Assembly (NCBI GenBank): GCA_963715195.1
Contig: CAVQRT010000003.1
Span: 96,001 to 160,000 of the forward strand
Direction of reading: 5' to 3'
Length of the DNA: 64,000 nt
Source of the DNA: Thermodesulfovibrionales bacterium
Lineage (GTDB): Bacteria; Nitrospirota; Thermodesulfovibrionia; Thermodesulfovibrionales; SM23-35
Shown here one piece after another: positions 10,297-19,178 of this stretch. The translations under genes and the position numbers were made by a program. Each line of letters starts with the position of its first letter. The stretch's first letter is position 1. Under the pieces are notes generated by a model. That model was given only the letters and a program-made list of their open reading frames with translations. It had not been told where the DNA came from and ran no database searches.

Positions 10297-11370
10297 TCAC
10301 GGCTTTCGCCGGGGCGACTGAAGAATCTCAATCTTTTCAATTACTTGTTTTAGTGCATTTATGAACATCCTGTTCTCTTCCCGTGTCCCGACCGTTACCC
10401 TGAGACACCCATCGACAACCCCCTTCATGTTCCGGACGAGCACACCGTTTTTCAGAAGGCCTTCATAGACCCTATCCGGGTTTGGTACCCTGAATAAGAT
10501 GAAATTTGCCTCTGAGGGATATGGCGTGATACCGTTCATTTGTGAGAGTTTGTAAAAGAGGGTTTCCCGCTCCGATACGATTATACGAATATTCCGCCTC
10601 ATCACCGCCTTATCCTTCATCGCTTTCAGGGCAACGACCTGAGAAAGGGCATTGAGATTGAACGGAAGCCTGACCTTGTTCACTTCATGAATGATGCTCT
10701 CTTCCGCAATGAGGAAACCCACCCTCAGTCCTGCCAATCCGACCTTGCTCAGTGTCCTTATAATGACAAGGTGCTCATAGTCGCGGAGCATCGGCATGAA
10801 ACCCCGGTTACTTGCAAAAGGCTGATACGCCTCGTCAACCGCAACGATCGCCTTGCCTTTTGCCGATTCGATGATCTTCAGTATGCTTTCTGCTGCAAAA
10901 CAATTTCCTGTCGGGTTATTCGGTGAACTTAGGAAAATCAGTTTCGGCTTATTTCGCCGAATCTCAATGAGCATTCTCTTCAGATCGAGATCGAATGCAT
11001 CATCAAGCCGGACACCGATTCTCTTCTCTCCGAGGGCCTGTGCGATGATGCCGTACATCGAAAAGGTTGGAACCGGGTAAAGCACCGGCCCGCCAAAGGT
11101 CGTTATGAGATAGTAAATGAGTTCATCCGATCCATTACCCTGAAGGATGTTTCCGGGTCTGATTTTCAGATCCTTTGCGATGGTTTTCTTCAGCGATTTT
11201 GCTTCGGGGTCGGGATACCTGTTTGTCTGGACAGACTGTATAATTTCTTTCGCAATAGTGAAGCCGAAAGGGCTTTCATTCGCATCGAGCTTTGCTATGC
11301 ATGGAATTTCTTTGGCCTGATAAGCCGACAAAGATCTGATATTCGGACGAATGAGTTTTTTGATGTTCAT
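10297..11370 (-). CDS. hisC: Histidinol-phosphate aminotransferase
   Basis: KLDANESP, NRYPDP, GNGSDELI, SPNNPTG, DEAY, RTLSKVGLAGLRVG; adjacent to hisB. Confidence 0.96.
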   Translation of the reverse strand: MNIKKLIRPNIRSLSAYQAKEIPCIAKLDANESPFGFTIAKEIIQSVQTNRYPDPEAKSLKKTIAKDLKIRPGNILQGNGSDELIYYLITTFGGPVLYPVPTFSMYGIIAQALGEKRIGVRLDDAFDLDLKRMLIEIRRNKPKLIFLSSPNNPTGNCFAAESILKIIESAKGKAIVAVDEAYQPFASNRGFMPMLRDYEHLVIIRTLSKVGLAGLRVGFLIAEESIIHEVNKVRLPFNLNALSQVVALKAMKDKAVMRRNIRIIVSERETLFYKLSQMNGITPYPSEANFILFRVPNPDRVYEGLLKNGVLVRNMKGVVDGCLRVTVGTREENRMFINALKQVIEKIEILQSPRRKP

Positions 11371-11412
11371 GCATGTGCATTATACCACAATAAATATGGT
11401 ATATTTAGTACC
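11371..11412. promoter_or_regulatory. Back-to-back extended -10 promoters, probably leaderless, for hisC and the hydrogenase
   Basis: Minus strand TGGTATAAT (11387-11379) lies 8 nt before the hisC ATG. Plus strand TGGTATATT (11397-11405) lies 7 nt before ATG 11413. No SD sequence. Confidence 0.55.
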
Positions 11413-13299
11413 ATGACTCAGGGCGAAGACCTTTTCGGCACAAGCTGCGAGAAAGATGAAGTCATCTTCAGAGAAGGTGATCAGGGCGACACCATGTATA
11501 TCATCCAGTCCGGGACTGTTGAGATCAGCCAGGATAAGGATGGCAAAAAACTTGTGCTTGCTCTCCTTGAGAAAGGCGACTTCTTCGGAGAGATGGCCCT
11601 GATTGACAAACACCTGCGTTCTGCCACCGCTGCAGCTGTCAGCAACAGCCGCCTTCTTCCCTTCACCCGCACGTCAATCATGGAGAGAATTCGCCAGGAT
11701 CCCGGGGTAGTCCTTCATCTGCTCACAACGCTCTGTCACCGGATTACGCAGACAAATCAGCGTCTGCATGCCATGGTGCAGAGTAATGAGGCATTACGAT
11801 CATTTGTTGAATCAAAAGGACAAATCCTTCCTGAATCAACAGAAAATGGCAGCAACTTCGAGACCTCGCCTTCTGCTGATATATCACCTAAATTCTCTGC
11901 AGATACCCATACGTCTGTTCTGCAAGAACCTCCAAAACGCACAGTTGATCTCAGCATACCACATGAAGAATGCATCCTTGTTGAAAACGGAAAAGCTGTT
12001 TTTCACCAGGGCGACCACGGGAATTCGCTCTACATCATCGTCGAGGGAGGCGTGGAGATCAGTCAGGGACCCGAAGATGACAGGAATGTCCTGGCATATT
12101 TAGGTCCCGGGGATTTCTTCGGTGAGACAGCGATGATCACTGATCAGCCCCGAACTGCTCATGCCTTTGCATTAGGAAAAACATACCTGTTCCCGATTAC
12201 CAAAGATGATTTTTTGGAGCAGTTCAAGACGAAACCGGAGCTTGCGCTATATATCCTTCAGGGACTAATCATCCGCCTCAGGGGATTGCTGGCAGTTTTA
12301 AATGATCCCACAAAATCCATTTCGACTGTGATACAAGCCTTTCCACCCCCCCTGAAAAAGAAAAGTCTGATTAGGACTGCCCTTGTCTCTCTTTCCACCT
12401 GCGGGGGCTGCGCAGCGGTTCTGCTTGAAGACCAGGATGAGCTTGCCCGTCTTCTGAAGCGCGTGAATATCTCCTACTGTCCCATGCTGATCGATGCGGA
12501 GGAACTTGGGGAGGTTGATGTTGCTGTTGTTGACGGAGTTGTGAGGGTAAAGGAAGACGAGGAAAAGATCAAAGAAGTCAGACACAAGAGCCGTTACCTC
12601 GTAGCGTGGGGTACCTGTGCCGCATCGGGCGGCATCCCCGCATATGCAAACCAGCACGAACTGGAAGAATTGATCGAAGAATCATACGGACATGCAAAGG
12701 ATCCTTTTGCCTATTATCTCTCCGGGAGCCGGGGTATTGACGGCGCAACCTACCAGGAACAGGAAAACGAACTGCAACTTCTCCGCCGTTCCCAAAAGCT
12801 GGATGACTTTGTGAGGGTCGACTACTACATTCCCGGTTGTCCGCCGAACGCCCGCCTCCTGAATCTTCTCGTGGATGAACTCAGGGGAGACGGACAGGCT
12901 GAGAAACCAAAATCGATTGTCTGCGGCGAGTGCAGCAGGAAGCATGTCAAAGCAACCGTCGAACATTTTTATATGTTCCCGCGACCGGACTGGGATGTGA
13001 GGCACTGTTTCACTTCACTGGGTGCTGTCTGCCTCGGCTTCATGACCAAGGGCGGATGCGGTGCTGTCTGCCCTCGCGGTGGTCTTCCCTGCTGGGGTTG
13101 CCGCGGACCATCCGAGACCGTCTTTAAAAAAATGGAAGAAGGGAACAGTTTTGAAGAATATATGGTTGATGCGTTTATCGCACGCCACCGCCATCTCGAG
13201 GATCAGATCAGGCCGGTTTTGAAATTATTTCGCAAGAATGCAAACAGCCCTGTGCCGTTCAGCCGGCATGCTACCAATGACAGATCGAGGATCAGATGA
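11413..13299 (+). CDS. Tandem cyclic-nucleotide-binding domains fused to a group 3 (MvhG-like) [NiFe]-hydrogenase small subunit
   Basis: CNB1: IFREGDQGDTMYIIQSG...FFGEMALIDKHLRSATA. CNB2: VFHQGDHGNSLYIIVEG...FFGETAMITDQPRTAHA. Then STCGGC, WGTCAASGGIP, IPGCPP, VCGEC...CF...CLG..TKGGCGAVCP...PCWGCRGP. Confidence 0.9.
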   Translation: MTQGEDLFGTSCEKDEVIFREGDQGDTMYIIQSGTVEISQDKDGKKLVLALLEKGDFFGEMALIDKHLRSATAAAVSNSRLLPFTRTSIMERIRQDPGVVLHLLTTLCHRITQTNQRLHAMVQSNEALRSFVESKGQILPESTENGSNFETSPSADISPKFSADTHTSVLQEPPKRTVDLSIPHEECILVENGKAVFHQGDHGNSLYIIVEGGVEISQGPEDDRNVLAYLGPGDFFGETAMITDQPRTAHAFALGKTYLFPITKDDFLEQFKTKPELALYILQGLIIRLRGLLAVLNDPTKSISTVIQAFPPPLKKKSLIRTALVSLSTCGGCAAVLLEDQDELARLLKRVNISYCPMLIDAEELGEVDVAVVDGVVRVKEDEEKIKEVRHKSRYLVAWGTCAASGGIPAYANQHELEELIEESYGHAKDPFAYYLSGSRGIDGATYQEQENELQLLRRSQKLDDFVRVDYYIPGCPPNARLLNLLVDELRGDGQAEKPKSIVCGECSRKHVKATVEHFYMFPRPDWDVRHCFTSLGAVCLGFMTKGGCGAVCPRGGLPCWGCRGPSETVFKKMEEGNSFEEYMVDAFIARHRHLEDQIRPVLKLFRKNANSPVPFSRHATNDRSRIR

Positions 13300-14597
13300 G
13301 CAAGAAGATTATCTTTCAGAAAGCCACACGCATCGAGGGCAATGCAAATATTCAGGTTGAGGTCGACAGAGGCAGCGTCAAGACAGCCCGTTTCATGGTC
13401 CAGGAATTCCGTGGCTTTGAAGGGTTCATGCGCGGTACCCGAGTCGAGTATGTCCCCCATATGGTGTCCAGGATCTGCGGCCTTTGTTCATCGGCACATC
13501 AGGTAGCATCCATTAAGGCCGTCGAGGAAGCACTTGGCGTTCAGACACCGCGCTCGGTGAGTGCCCTGCGTGAGATTCAAGTCCTCGGAGAGTGGATCAA
13601 CAGCCATGCCCTGAGTTATTTCTTTCTGACCATGCCGGACTTTGTCGGAGCTTCGTCAGGAATCTTCGAACTCTTGCAGAGCCACCCGGAGATCACCAAA
13701 GAAGCCTTTGCCCTGCGCGATGCGGGATTGAAAATCGTGAGGCTCCTCGGGAAACGCACATCCCATGCGGTTACGACGGGGGTCGGCCGCTTTTTTGCAG
13801 ATCCCGATCACAATGACCTCGAAGAAATTCGTGCTATCGCATCCGACGTAAAAGAACGTTCCCTGCGGCTTATTGGTCAGGTCGGGAACATTCACCTGAC
13901 TTCAAAAAGCATTCCCTTTCCCCCTGACCAGCAGATCAACTTTGTAACATATGACGGCAACCCTGCTAAAGATGTTTTCTGCGTATACAACCAGTCCGGA
14001 GCCCTCGAATTGTGCTTCAGCAGGTCAGAGTTTATGGACAATATATCGGAACTGAGGGCAGACTGGACACTGGCTAAATTTCCGTATCTGACGAAGCTGG
14101 GGTTCCCTGCCGGGATTATGCTGGTCGGCCCGCTTTCGCGCAGTTTTCAGGAAAACGGTTTTTTACACGATAAGGATTTGTCGAACCTCGAACTCGCCGC
14201 CCTGCTGCGCGACCGCACATCGCTGACACTCGAAAGCTACGATGCATGCCGCCTTCTTGAGATATACTCGGCGGCAAAGAAAATCCTCCATCTCCTCGAT
14301 GAGGTCGATCTTTCACAGATGAGCGCAGAGGTTGACCTGAAATCAAGCGGACAGGGTATCGGGGTGCTCGAAGCGCCGCGGGGTATCCTCATGCACAGCT
14401 ATTTAGTAAATCAGGGCAAGATCGAACGTATGCGCCTCATGGTCGCCACGCAGTTTAATAATGCGTATATCAATCTCCTCCTCAGGGATCTTGCCGAAAA
14501 ACATCTCGACGGAGACAGCATTTCAGCGGAAGGTGAAAGACTCATCGGCCGCTGTGTGAGGATATTCGACCCCTGCCTCAGTTGCGCCACACATTGA
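13296..14597 (+). CDS. [NiFe]-hydrogenase large subunit, group 3 (MvhA-like)
   Basis: TRIEG, RGFE, L1 motif SRICGLCSSAH, EAPRG.L.H, L2 motif RIFDPCLSCATH followed directly by stop; ATGA overlap with the small subunit gene. Confidence 0.92.
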   Translation: MSKKIIFQKATRIEGNANIQVEVDRGSVKTARFMVQEFRGFEGFMRGTRVEYVPHMVSRICGLCSSAHQVASIKAVEEALGVQTPRSVSALREIQVLGEWINSHALSYFFLTMPDFVGASSGIFELLQSHPEITKEAFALRDAGLKIVRLLGKRTSHAVTTGVGRFFADPDHNDLEEIRAIASDVKERSLRLIGQVGNIHLTSKSIPFPPDQQINFVTYDGNPAKDVFCVYNQSGALELCFSRSEFMDNISELRADWTLAKFPYLTKLGFPAGIMLVGPLSRSFQENGFLHDKDLSNLELAALLRDRTSLTLESYDACRLLEIYSAAKKILHLLDEVDLSQMSAEVDLKSSGQGIGVLEAPRGILMHSYLVNQGKIERMRLMVATQFNNAYINLLLRDLAEKHLDGDSISAEGERLIGRCVRIFDPCLSCATH

Positions 14598-14605
14598 AAA
14601 AGACA

Positions 14606-15076
14606 GGATTCGAGGATTCCAGGGGTCAAGGGTTCAGATTGCAGACTTGACCCTACTGGGGCAACTCCTTTGCCCTCTGTCATTCTGAGCGAAGCGAAGA
14701 ATCTCGAATTTTCTGCAGTGCATTTTATCCTTCATCGTTGCCGTTCCGACTTCACCGGAATCCACAGCTAAGAACCCTGCGCCAAGAGCGCAGGGCGTAA
14801 AAATCAAACTCAATACTGTCATTCTCCGGCTTGACCGGAGAATCCAGTTCCTTCTCTCTGGATTGCCCGATCAAGCCTGCCCCAGACTTCGATCGGGGGT
14901 CGGGCAATGACACAAATGAGGAAGCAATTCATCCCTGCGGCAAGACCACAGGGAGTTCTTGCTGATTATTGAATCGGATAGTGAGCGCATTCCTCGCAGC
15001 TTGCTGCGGGGTTAGCGAGCGAATATGGAAATAATAACTCCTTGCGATAAGATACCTCGCAGCTCTGCTGCGGGGT
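14606..15076. repeat. Cluster of REP/REPIN-like palindromes
   Basis: 14677-14707 unit; 14817-14912 gtcattctccggcttgaccggagaatccag...ctggattgcccgatcaag...tcgggcaatgac; short hairpins ccctgcgccaagagcgcaggg, cctcgcagcttgctgcgggg, cctcgcagctctgctgcgggg. Confidence 0.8.
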
Positions 15077-15141
15077 TCTTCATTGTCTCTCCACAAACTA
15101 ACTTCTTTACCGGCTGAATTGGCCTGTGCTATAGTTTACCC

Positions 15142-15594
15142 ATGAAACTTGATGACATAAGAGCTTTAGCCGAAAGACATCATATACTCCTTATCTATGT
15201 CTTTGGCTCACAGGCAGAAGCGGGGAAAAGATACCTTGAAGGCGAAAATATGATGCCCGAAGATGCTTCCGACCTTGATGTGGCAGTTCTCCTTGACGCA
15301 CCTCCTCCACAGGCCATTGAGATCTATGGGATTCTTTACAGGGAATTCTCAATAATATTTGATCCTTTTGCCATTGACCTCATATTGCTGCATGAAGCAA
15401 ATCCCCTCTTTCAATACGAAATAATTAAGGGGTTCCGGATCTATGAACGAGATGAAGTCTCTGCTGATGACTATGAGGAAAACGTAATGAAGAGGGCTGA
15501 AGACCTCTCCTATAATAAAAGGATTCTCGATAACGAAATCATGGAGTCAATAGAGAATGGTTATTTCGAATTTGAATACAGCCCGAATCCTTGA
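15142..15594 (+). CDS. Minimal nucleotidyltransferase (MNT/MntA-type antitoxin)
   Basis: YVFGSQA...SDLDVAV, IDLILL; overlaps a downstream HEPN gene. Confidence 0.85.
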   Translation: MKLDDIRALAERHHILLIYVFGSQAEAGKRYLEGENMMPEDASDLDVAVLLDAPPPQAIEIYGILYREFSIIFDPFAIDLILLHEANPLFQYEIIKGFRIYERDEVSADDYEENVMKRAEDLSYNKRILDNEIMESIENGYFEFEYSPNP

Positions 15595-16012
15595 ACTCCT
15601 GAGATTTATCGAGAACTGTGTTCAGGAGCTGAAGCCTTTTTCAACTCTTTCAAAAGAAGATTTTCTTGCAGACAGGAAGAATCCCCCCTTCGTGGAAAGC
15701 TACCTCAGGAGAGGTCTTGAGGCTGTATTTGATATCGGAAGACATATCCTTGCGAAGACATCTGGTTTTAAAGAAATAGAATACAAAGCCATTGCGAGAG
15801 AACTTGGAGAAAAGGAAGTTATTACAAAAGAACTCTCTGAAGTATTGTACATAATGGCAGGATACAGAAATCGCATGGTTCATTTTTACAGAGAAATCAC
15901 TTCTGAGGAGCTTTATCATATTACTGCGAATAATCTGAAAGATTTCGAAAGCTTTATCAGAGAAATTGTCTCATTTATAAGAGCATACGAAGGGAAAACC
16001 AAGACAGGTTAG
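15557..16012 (+). CDS. HEPN/DUF86 RNase toxin (HepT-type)
   Basis: Rx4H motif GYRNRMVHFY; EAVFDIGRHI. Confidence 0.88.
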   Translation: MVISNLNTARILELLRFIENCVQELKPFSTLSKEDFLADRKNPPFVESYLRRGLEAVFDIGRHILAKTSGFKEIEYKAIARELGEKEVITKELSEVLYIMAGYRNRMVHFYREITSEELYHITANNLKDFESFIREIVSFIRAYEGKTKTG

Positions 16013-16023
16013 AACCACTTTTA

Positions 16024-16443
16024 TTACACGTCGTTAATATGTCTTTTCAAAAACTTCTCTATCGCCTTCACAGCTTCATCTTTAAACTGTGCGGGACTTT
16101 GAGCTATCCAGACAGTAAAGTTGTAGAGCTCCTTGATATCGGCCACTAACCATTTCTTGTTTGCGAAAAGAAACGTAAAGAGCGTTGTTATAGCAATCCT
16201 TTTATTCCCGTTTTCAAATGGATGGTTTTTGATCATGAGATAAAACAGCGTGCCCGCCCTTGTAAGGAACCCGGGGTAAAGGAATTTTCCTTCAAACGTT
16301 TGGAAAGGCGCTGCCAAACAGCTTTCCAGAATATTTGGCGCACGTGTCGAGAAGTCTGGAATGGGTTCGTTGAATGCCAAGAGTGCCTGGGCCATCTTAT
16401 GCGTTATATGTTCGACATCTTTCACGGTAACTCTCTTGACCAT
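16024..16443 (-). CDS. Doc/Fic family toxin
   Basis: LESCLAAPFQTF, Fic motif HPFENGNKR. Confidence 0.88.
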   Translation of the reverse strand: MVKRVTVKDVEHITHKMAQALLAFNEPIPDFSTRAPNILESCLAAPFQTFEGKFLYPGFLTRAGTLFYLMIKNHPFENGNKRIAITTLFTFLFANKKWLVADIKELYNFTVWIAQSPAQFKDEAVKAIEKFLKRHINDV

Positions 16444-16446
16444 CTG

Positions 16447-16713
16447 CTATTCTCTGCCAAGGAGTTTCAGTAATTCCCCGTATTCCTGAAATGTTTTCTT
16501 CACGGCTCGATCGATAAGTTCCTTGTCCTCCTCACTCAACGTTTTGCCTGTAATGTCGGTTACATACTTTCTGGGGATTGCATAACTTCTTCCTATTCTG
16601 ATGGCTTTTATTTGTCCTCTTTTAATTTTTTGGTAGATAGCGATTCTGCTCACTCCCAGAATTTTCGCGAACTCCGCAATTGAAATATATTCGCCTTTTC
16701 CCATAGACCCCAT
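16447..16713 (-). CDS. Excisionase-type HTH protein, probable antitoxin/regulator of Doc
   Basis: YISIAEFAKILGVSRIAIYQKIKRGQIKAIRIGRSYAIP; C-terminus EYGELLKLLG resembles Doc-antitoxin tails; directly upstream of doc. Confidence 0.7.
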   Translation of the reverse strand: MGSMGKGEYISIAEFAKILGVSRIAIYQKIKRGQIKAIRIGRSYAIPRKYVTDITGKTLSEEDKELIDRAVKKTFQEYGELLKLLGRE

Positions 16714-16929
16714 CTTATAAATAAATCAATATCATCAAGGTATTATGTTGTTAACTAATCATTTAATACTTAACAATTGTTAATTTTATGGTTCAGATTA
16801 ACATAATATCCTCATATAATCAATGGGCGGACTTTTCAAAATACCGTCGCTACAAAAACCGGAAATGCATATACATAATGACGCGTGTAGCCGGGAATCG
16901 GTTTCTTTTTGAAGGGAACGCTTTTTGTA

Positions 16930-17001
16930 ATGCGTGGTCCATCCAGGCACAATGAAATCGATGAGAATCTGGCGAGACACATTATAAAAGAATTAGCGTA
17001 A
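16930..17001 (+). pseudogene. HicA toxin C-terminal remnant
   Basis: Manual translation gives MRGPSRHNEIDENLARHIIKELA*, which resembles the PRH.EI.E.LAR.I.K.L end of HicA toxins. Confidence 0.55.
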
Positions 17002-17081
17002 TGGCTGTAGAAAGAGGTTTAGCCGAGGATTTGTATGCACTGCACTTGAATCCTCGGCCTCTTGAATCCTTGAACCCTTTC

Positions 17082-17192
17082 TTATATCCGTATCGTATCC
17101 CCGTCTTTCAGTATCCTGAGATTCTTGATCCTGAGGGCCTTCAGCTCACCTTTTATCATCTTGAAATACTGCGGCTTTAAGTGGGTAATACA
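17082..17192 (-). pseudogene. 3' remnant of a class II cNMP phosphodiesterase (paralog of 38627-39395)
   Basis: Translates to CITHLKPQYFKMIKGELKALRIKNLRILKDGDTIRI*, versus CITHLKPQYQGIIKNELKKLSLMHMRILKDGDTIRV* at the 38627 gene end. Confidence 0.85.
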
Positions 17193-17200
17193 GAAATTGC

Positions 17201-17305
17201 GAGGAGCTCTATGACATTATTTCGAATAATCTGAAAGATTTCGCCAACTTCATCAGGGAAATCGTGGCCTTTATCAGAGCATACGAATAGAACAAGACAC
17301 GTTAG
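17201..17305 (+). pseudogene. 3' remnant of a HEPN toxin paralog
   Basis: gaggagctctatgacattatttcgaataatctgaaagatttcg...agagcatacgaa aligns by eye with 15905-16012. Confidence 0.8.
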
Positions 17306-17309
17306 AAGC

Positions 17310-17531
17310 CTAAGCAAATCTTCCCGAGCAGCCGAACAGATAACCGGAAAGGGCTGCCTGCACAGGCCTGCTGTGCCGCAGTGCATAAAAAAATGGCGCG
17401 AGGCAGAACCAGGCAAAAGCACTCGCATCGAATGGTGGGAAAGAAGCAATGAGGAAGATGGCGGAGGCAACAGTCAGAAAGAAAAGAAACGTCATGCTCA
17501 TTTCTTTCAGCCTATATTGGTTAACCTCCAC
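17310..17531 (-). pseudogene. N-terminal fragment of an apolipoprotein N-acyltransferase (Lnt) paralog
   Basis: SAIFLIASFPPFDASAFAWFCLAPFFYAL...AALSGYLFG is the Lnt first-TM pattern, comparable to SATFLILIFPGFEMHYLAWIALVPLLIVI at 45161; truncated. Confidence 0.75.
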
Positions 17532-17599
17532 CCGTTGCTGGTTCGTTGTCTGTTCCCTTTCTCCATTAACCTTTCTTTACAGACATCCTCCTTTCGATA

Positions 17600-18106
17600 C
17601 TATTCTACTATAGCGAGTATAATGTCAACAGTCGTAAACAGCGTGTCACAACCGGGCTCGTTATTGCCATCGATTCCAAATCCGCAATCCGCGATTGTGC
17701 TGTAACCTTTCACCGCCCACGATTGATAAGAACTAAACACGCCCGGAATAACAGTATTATTGAGCCAGTTATACACAAAAGCGCTTTGCTCACTGGGGTC
17801 CAAGTAACACACAGGGGCTGATTCTCCCGAAGAGAATTTGTAGACACTAGAGCCTTTGGTCAACCGCAGGGAAACAACCATACTGACTTCATAATCATCA
17901 GGGCATTCGATACTTTCGCCGGGCTCTGCTAAGATCTCATAATGAGCGGTCATAGGACCAAAGACCTTTGTGCCGGCAGCACTCTTGTCCACGTAAGGGT
18001 CGAGAATAGTTCCCGCCGGTGTTTCAGAAGTCCGGCCTGCAAAGGTTAACTGTGCTACACCACATACTATGATTACAGCTAATACCACAACAAAAAGCCG
18101 TTTCAT
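17600..18106 (-). CDS. Secreted hypothetical protein (paralog of 45259-45749)
   Basis: Signal peptide MKRLFVVVLAVIIVCGVAQLTFA; shared motifs AAGTK..G and LRL.KGS; GGAGG RBS. Confidence 0.75.
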   Translation of the reverse strand: MKRLFVVVLAVIIVCGVAQLTFAGRTSETPAGTILDPYVDKSAAGTKVFGPMTAHYEILAEPGESIECPDDYEVSMVVSLRLTKGSSVYKFSSGESAPVCYLDPSEQSAFVYNWLNNTVIPGVFSSYQSWAVKGYSTIADCGFGIDGNNEPGCDTLFTTVDIILAIVE

Positions 18107-18201
18107 GTTCTTATACCTCCTTAAATAAGTTAATGGTTACTCCAGAACAATCGTTGTCTTACATCACCTCCTCCCATGATCTCTCTTTGTGCTGTATACA
18201 T

Positions 18202-19042
18202 TTATTGCAGTTGCAACACTGCCTGGTCAGCAGGGGTGAACGCACTTCCGATATACCACGTCACCTTATCGTTTTTATTGGTGTAATACACTGACTGATC
18301 CAGAACCGTCGCTGATCCCGTCTTGTAATGGTACCCTCCAAAGCGTTTGTTGTATGTATCCGTGAGTACCATGTTATGGCCAACCTCATGCGCAATCGTA
18401 TGCTTGATGTATTTGTTGATTACAGCTGCACGTCCTATTGTAACTCCATCTGCATCCTTGCAATCTCCATCCGATACCGCCGGGCTACATACCGAATTCA
18501 CATGCCCTATTATCCGCGCCGTATACACAGTGGCAGAGAGTCCAGACCATTCGGTGTCCCATAGTTGGCAAAGCCAAGGACATCCGGTATAGGTCATATC
18601 CAGATCCTCGGTGATTTTTACGCCTTCTGTGGTGATGCCAGGCTGACCTTCTGTCAGGATATGCTTGCTCCGGGTAAGTCTCATGGGCAATGCCAGACCC
18701 ACCGTCTGCCTCCGGCGCGGTGATGTATGCCAGGGGCTCTGCGGTCATGTTGCTTGGCGCCTCTGGAACAAAAATCACAAACAGGTCCTTCGATTCGGGT
18801 CCAGACGATTTTCTCTCGGAACGGCCTCTGATGCACCAGCTACGATATCACCGCTCATAAGTGTTATTCCCTCACACTCCAGCTGGTCTGTAAACCCGTC
18901 TGCATCAAAATCATCTGCACCCGCTGTGGCACAGTCAACTGCGTACGCAGGCATGTGACCGAGGAGAATGGCCAATCCTAATGCCAACAACGTCATCAGA
19001 ATGTGGCTCTCTTTCTGATCTTATAATGTCTCCTTTGTCCAT
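18202..19042 (-). CDS. Secreted HExxH (zincin-like) protein, frameshifted (paralog of 45890-46768)
   Basis: ORF pieces 18775-18996, 18485-18778 and 18202-18702 join colinearly with the intact paralog; YIKHTIAHEVGH; ATG 19042 follows AGGAGG. Confidence 0.75.
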
Positions 19043-19178
19043 TTTTACACCTCCTCTGTAATACTCGTGTTCACATTAGCCGAAAAAGCCGCCTATCATT
19101 TCTTTTTCATCCTTCCCTCCTTTCCGACAATTTAATGCATAGATCACACTTCCATTTTCTCATCCGTATTTTCTTCAC

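Noticed and set aside
14595..14597. Selenocysteine read-through of the hydrogenase TGA
   Set aside because: In [NiFeSe] enzymes Sec replaces the first Cys of DPCxxC, which is a Cys codon here; the TGA follows the terminal His and runs into repeat DNA.
16447..16713. Prophage or ICE excisionase marking an integrated element
   Set aside because: No integrase, att-site duplication or phage genes; its position upstream of doc fits an antitoxin/regulator.
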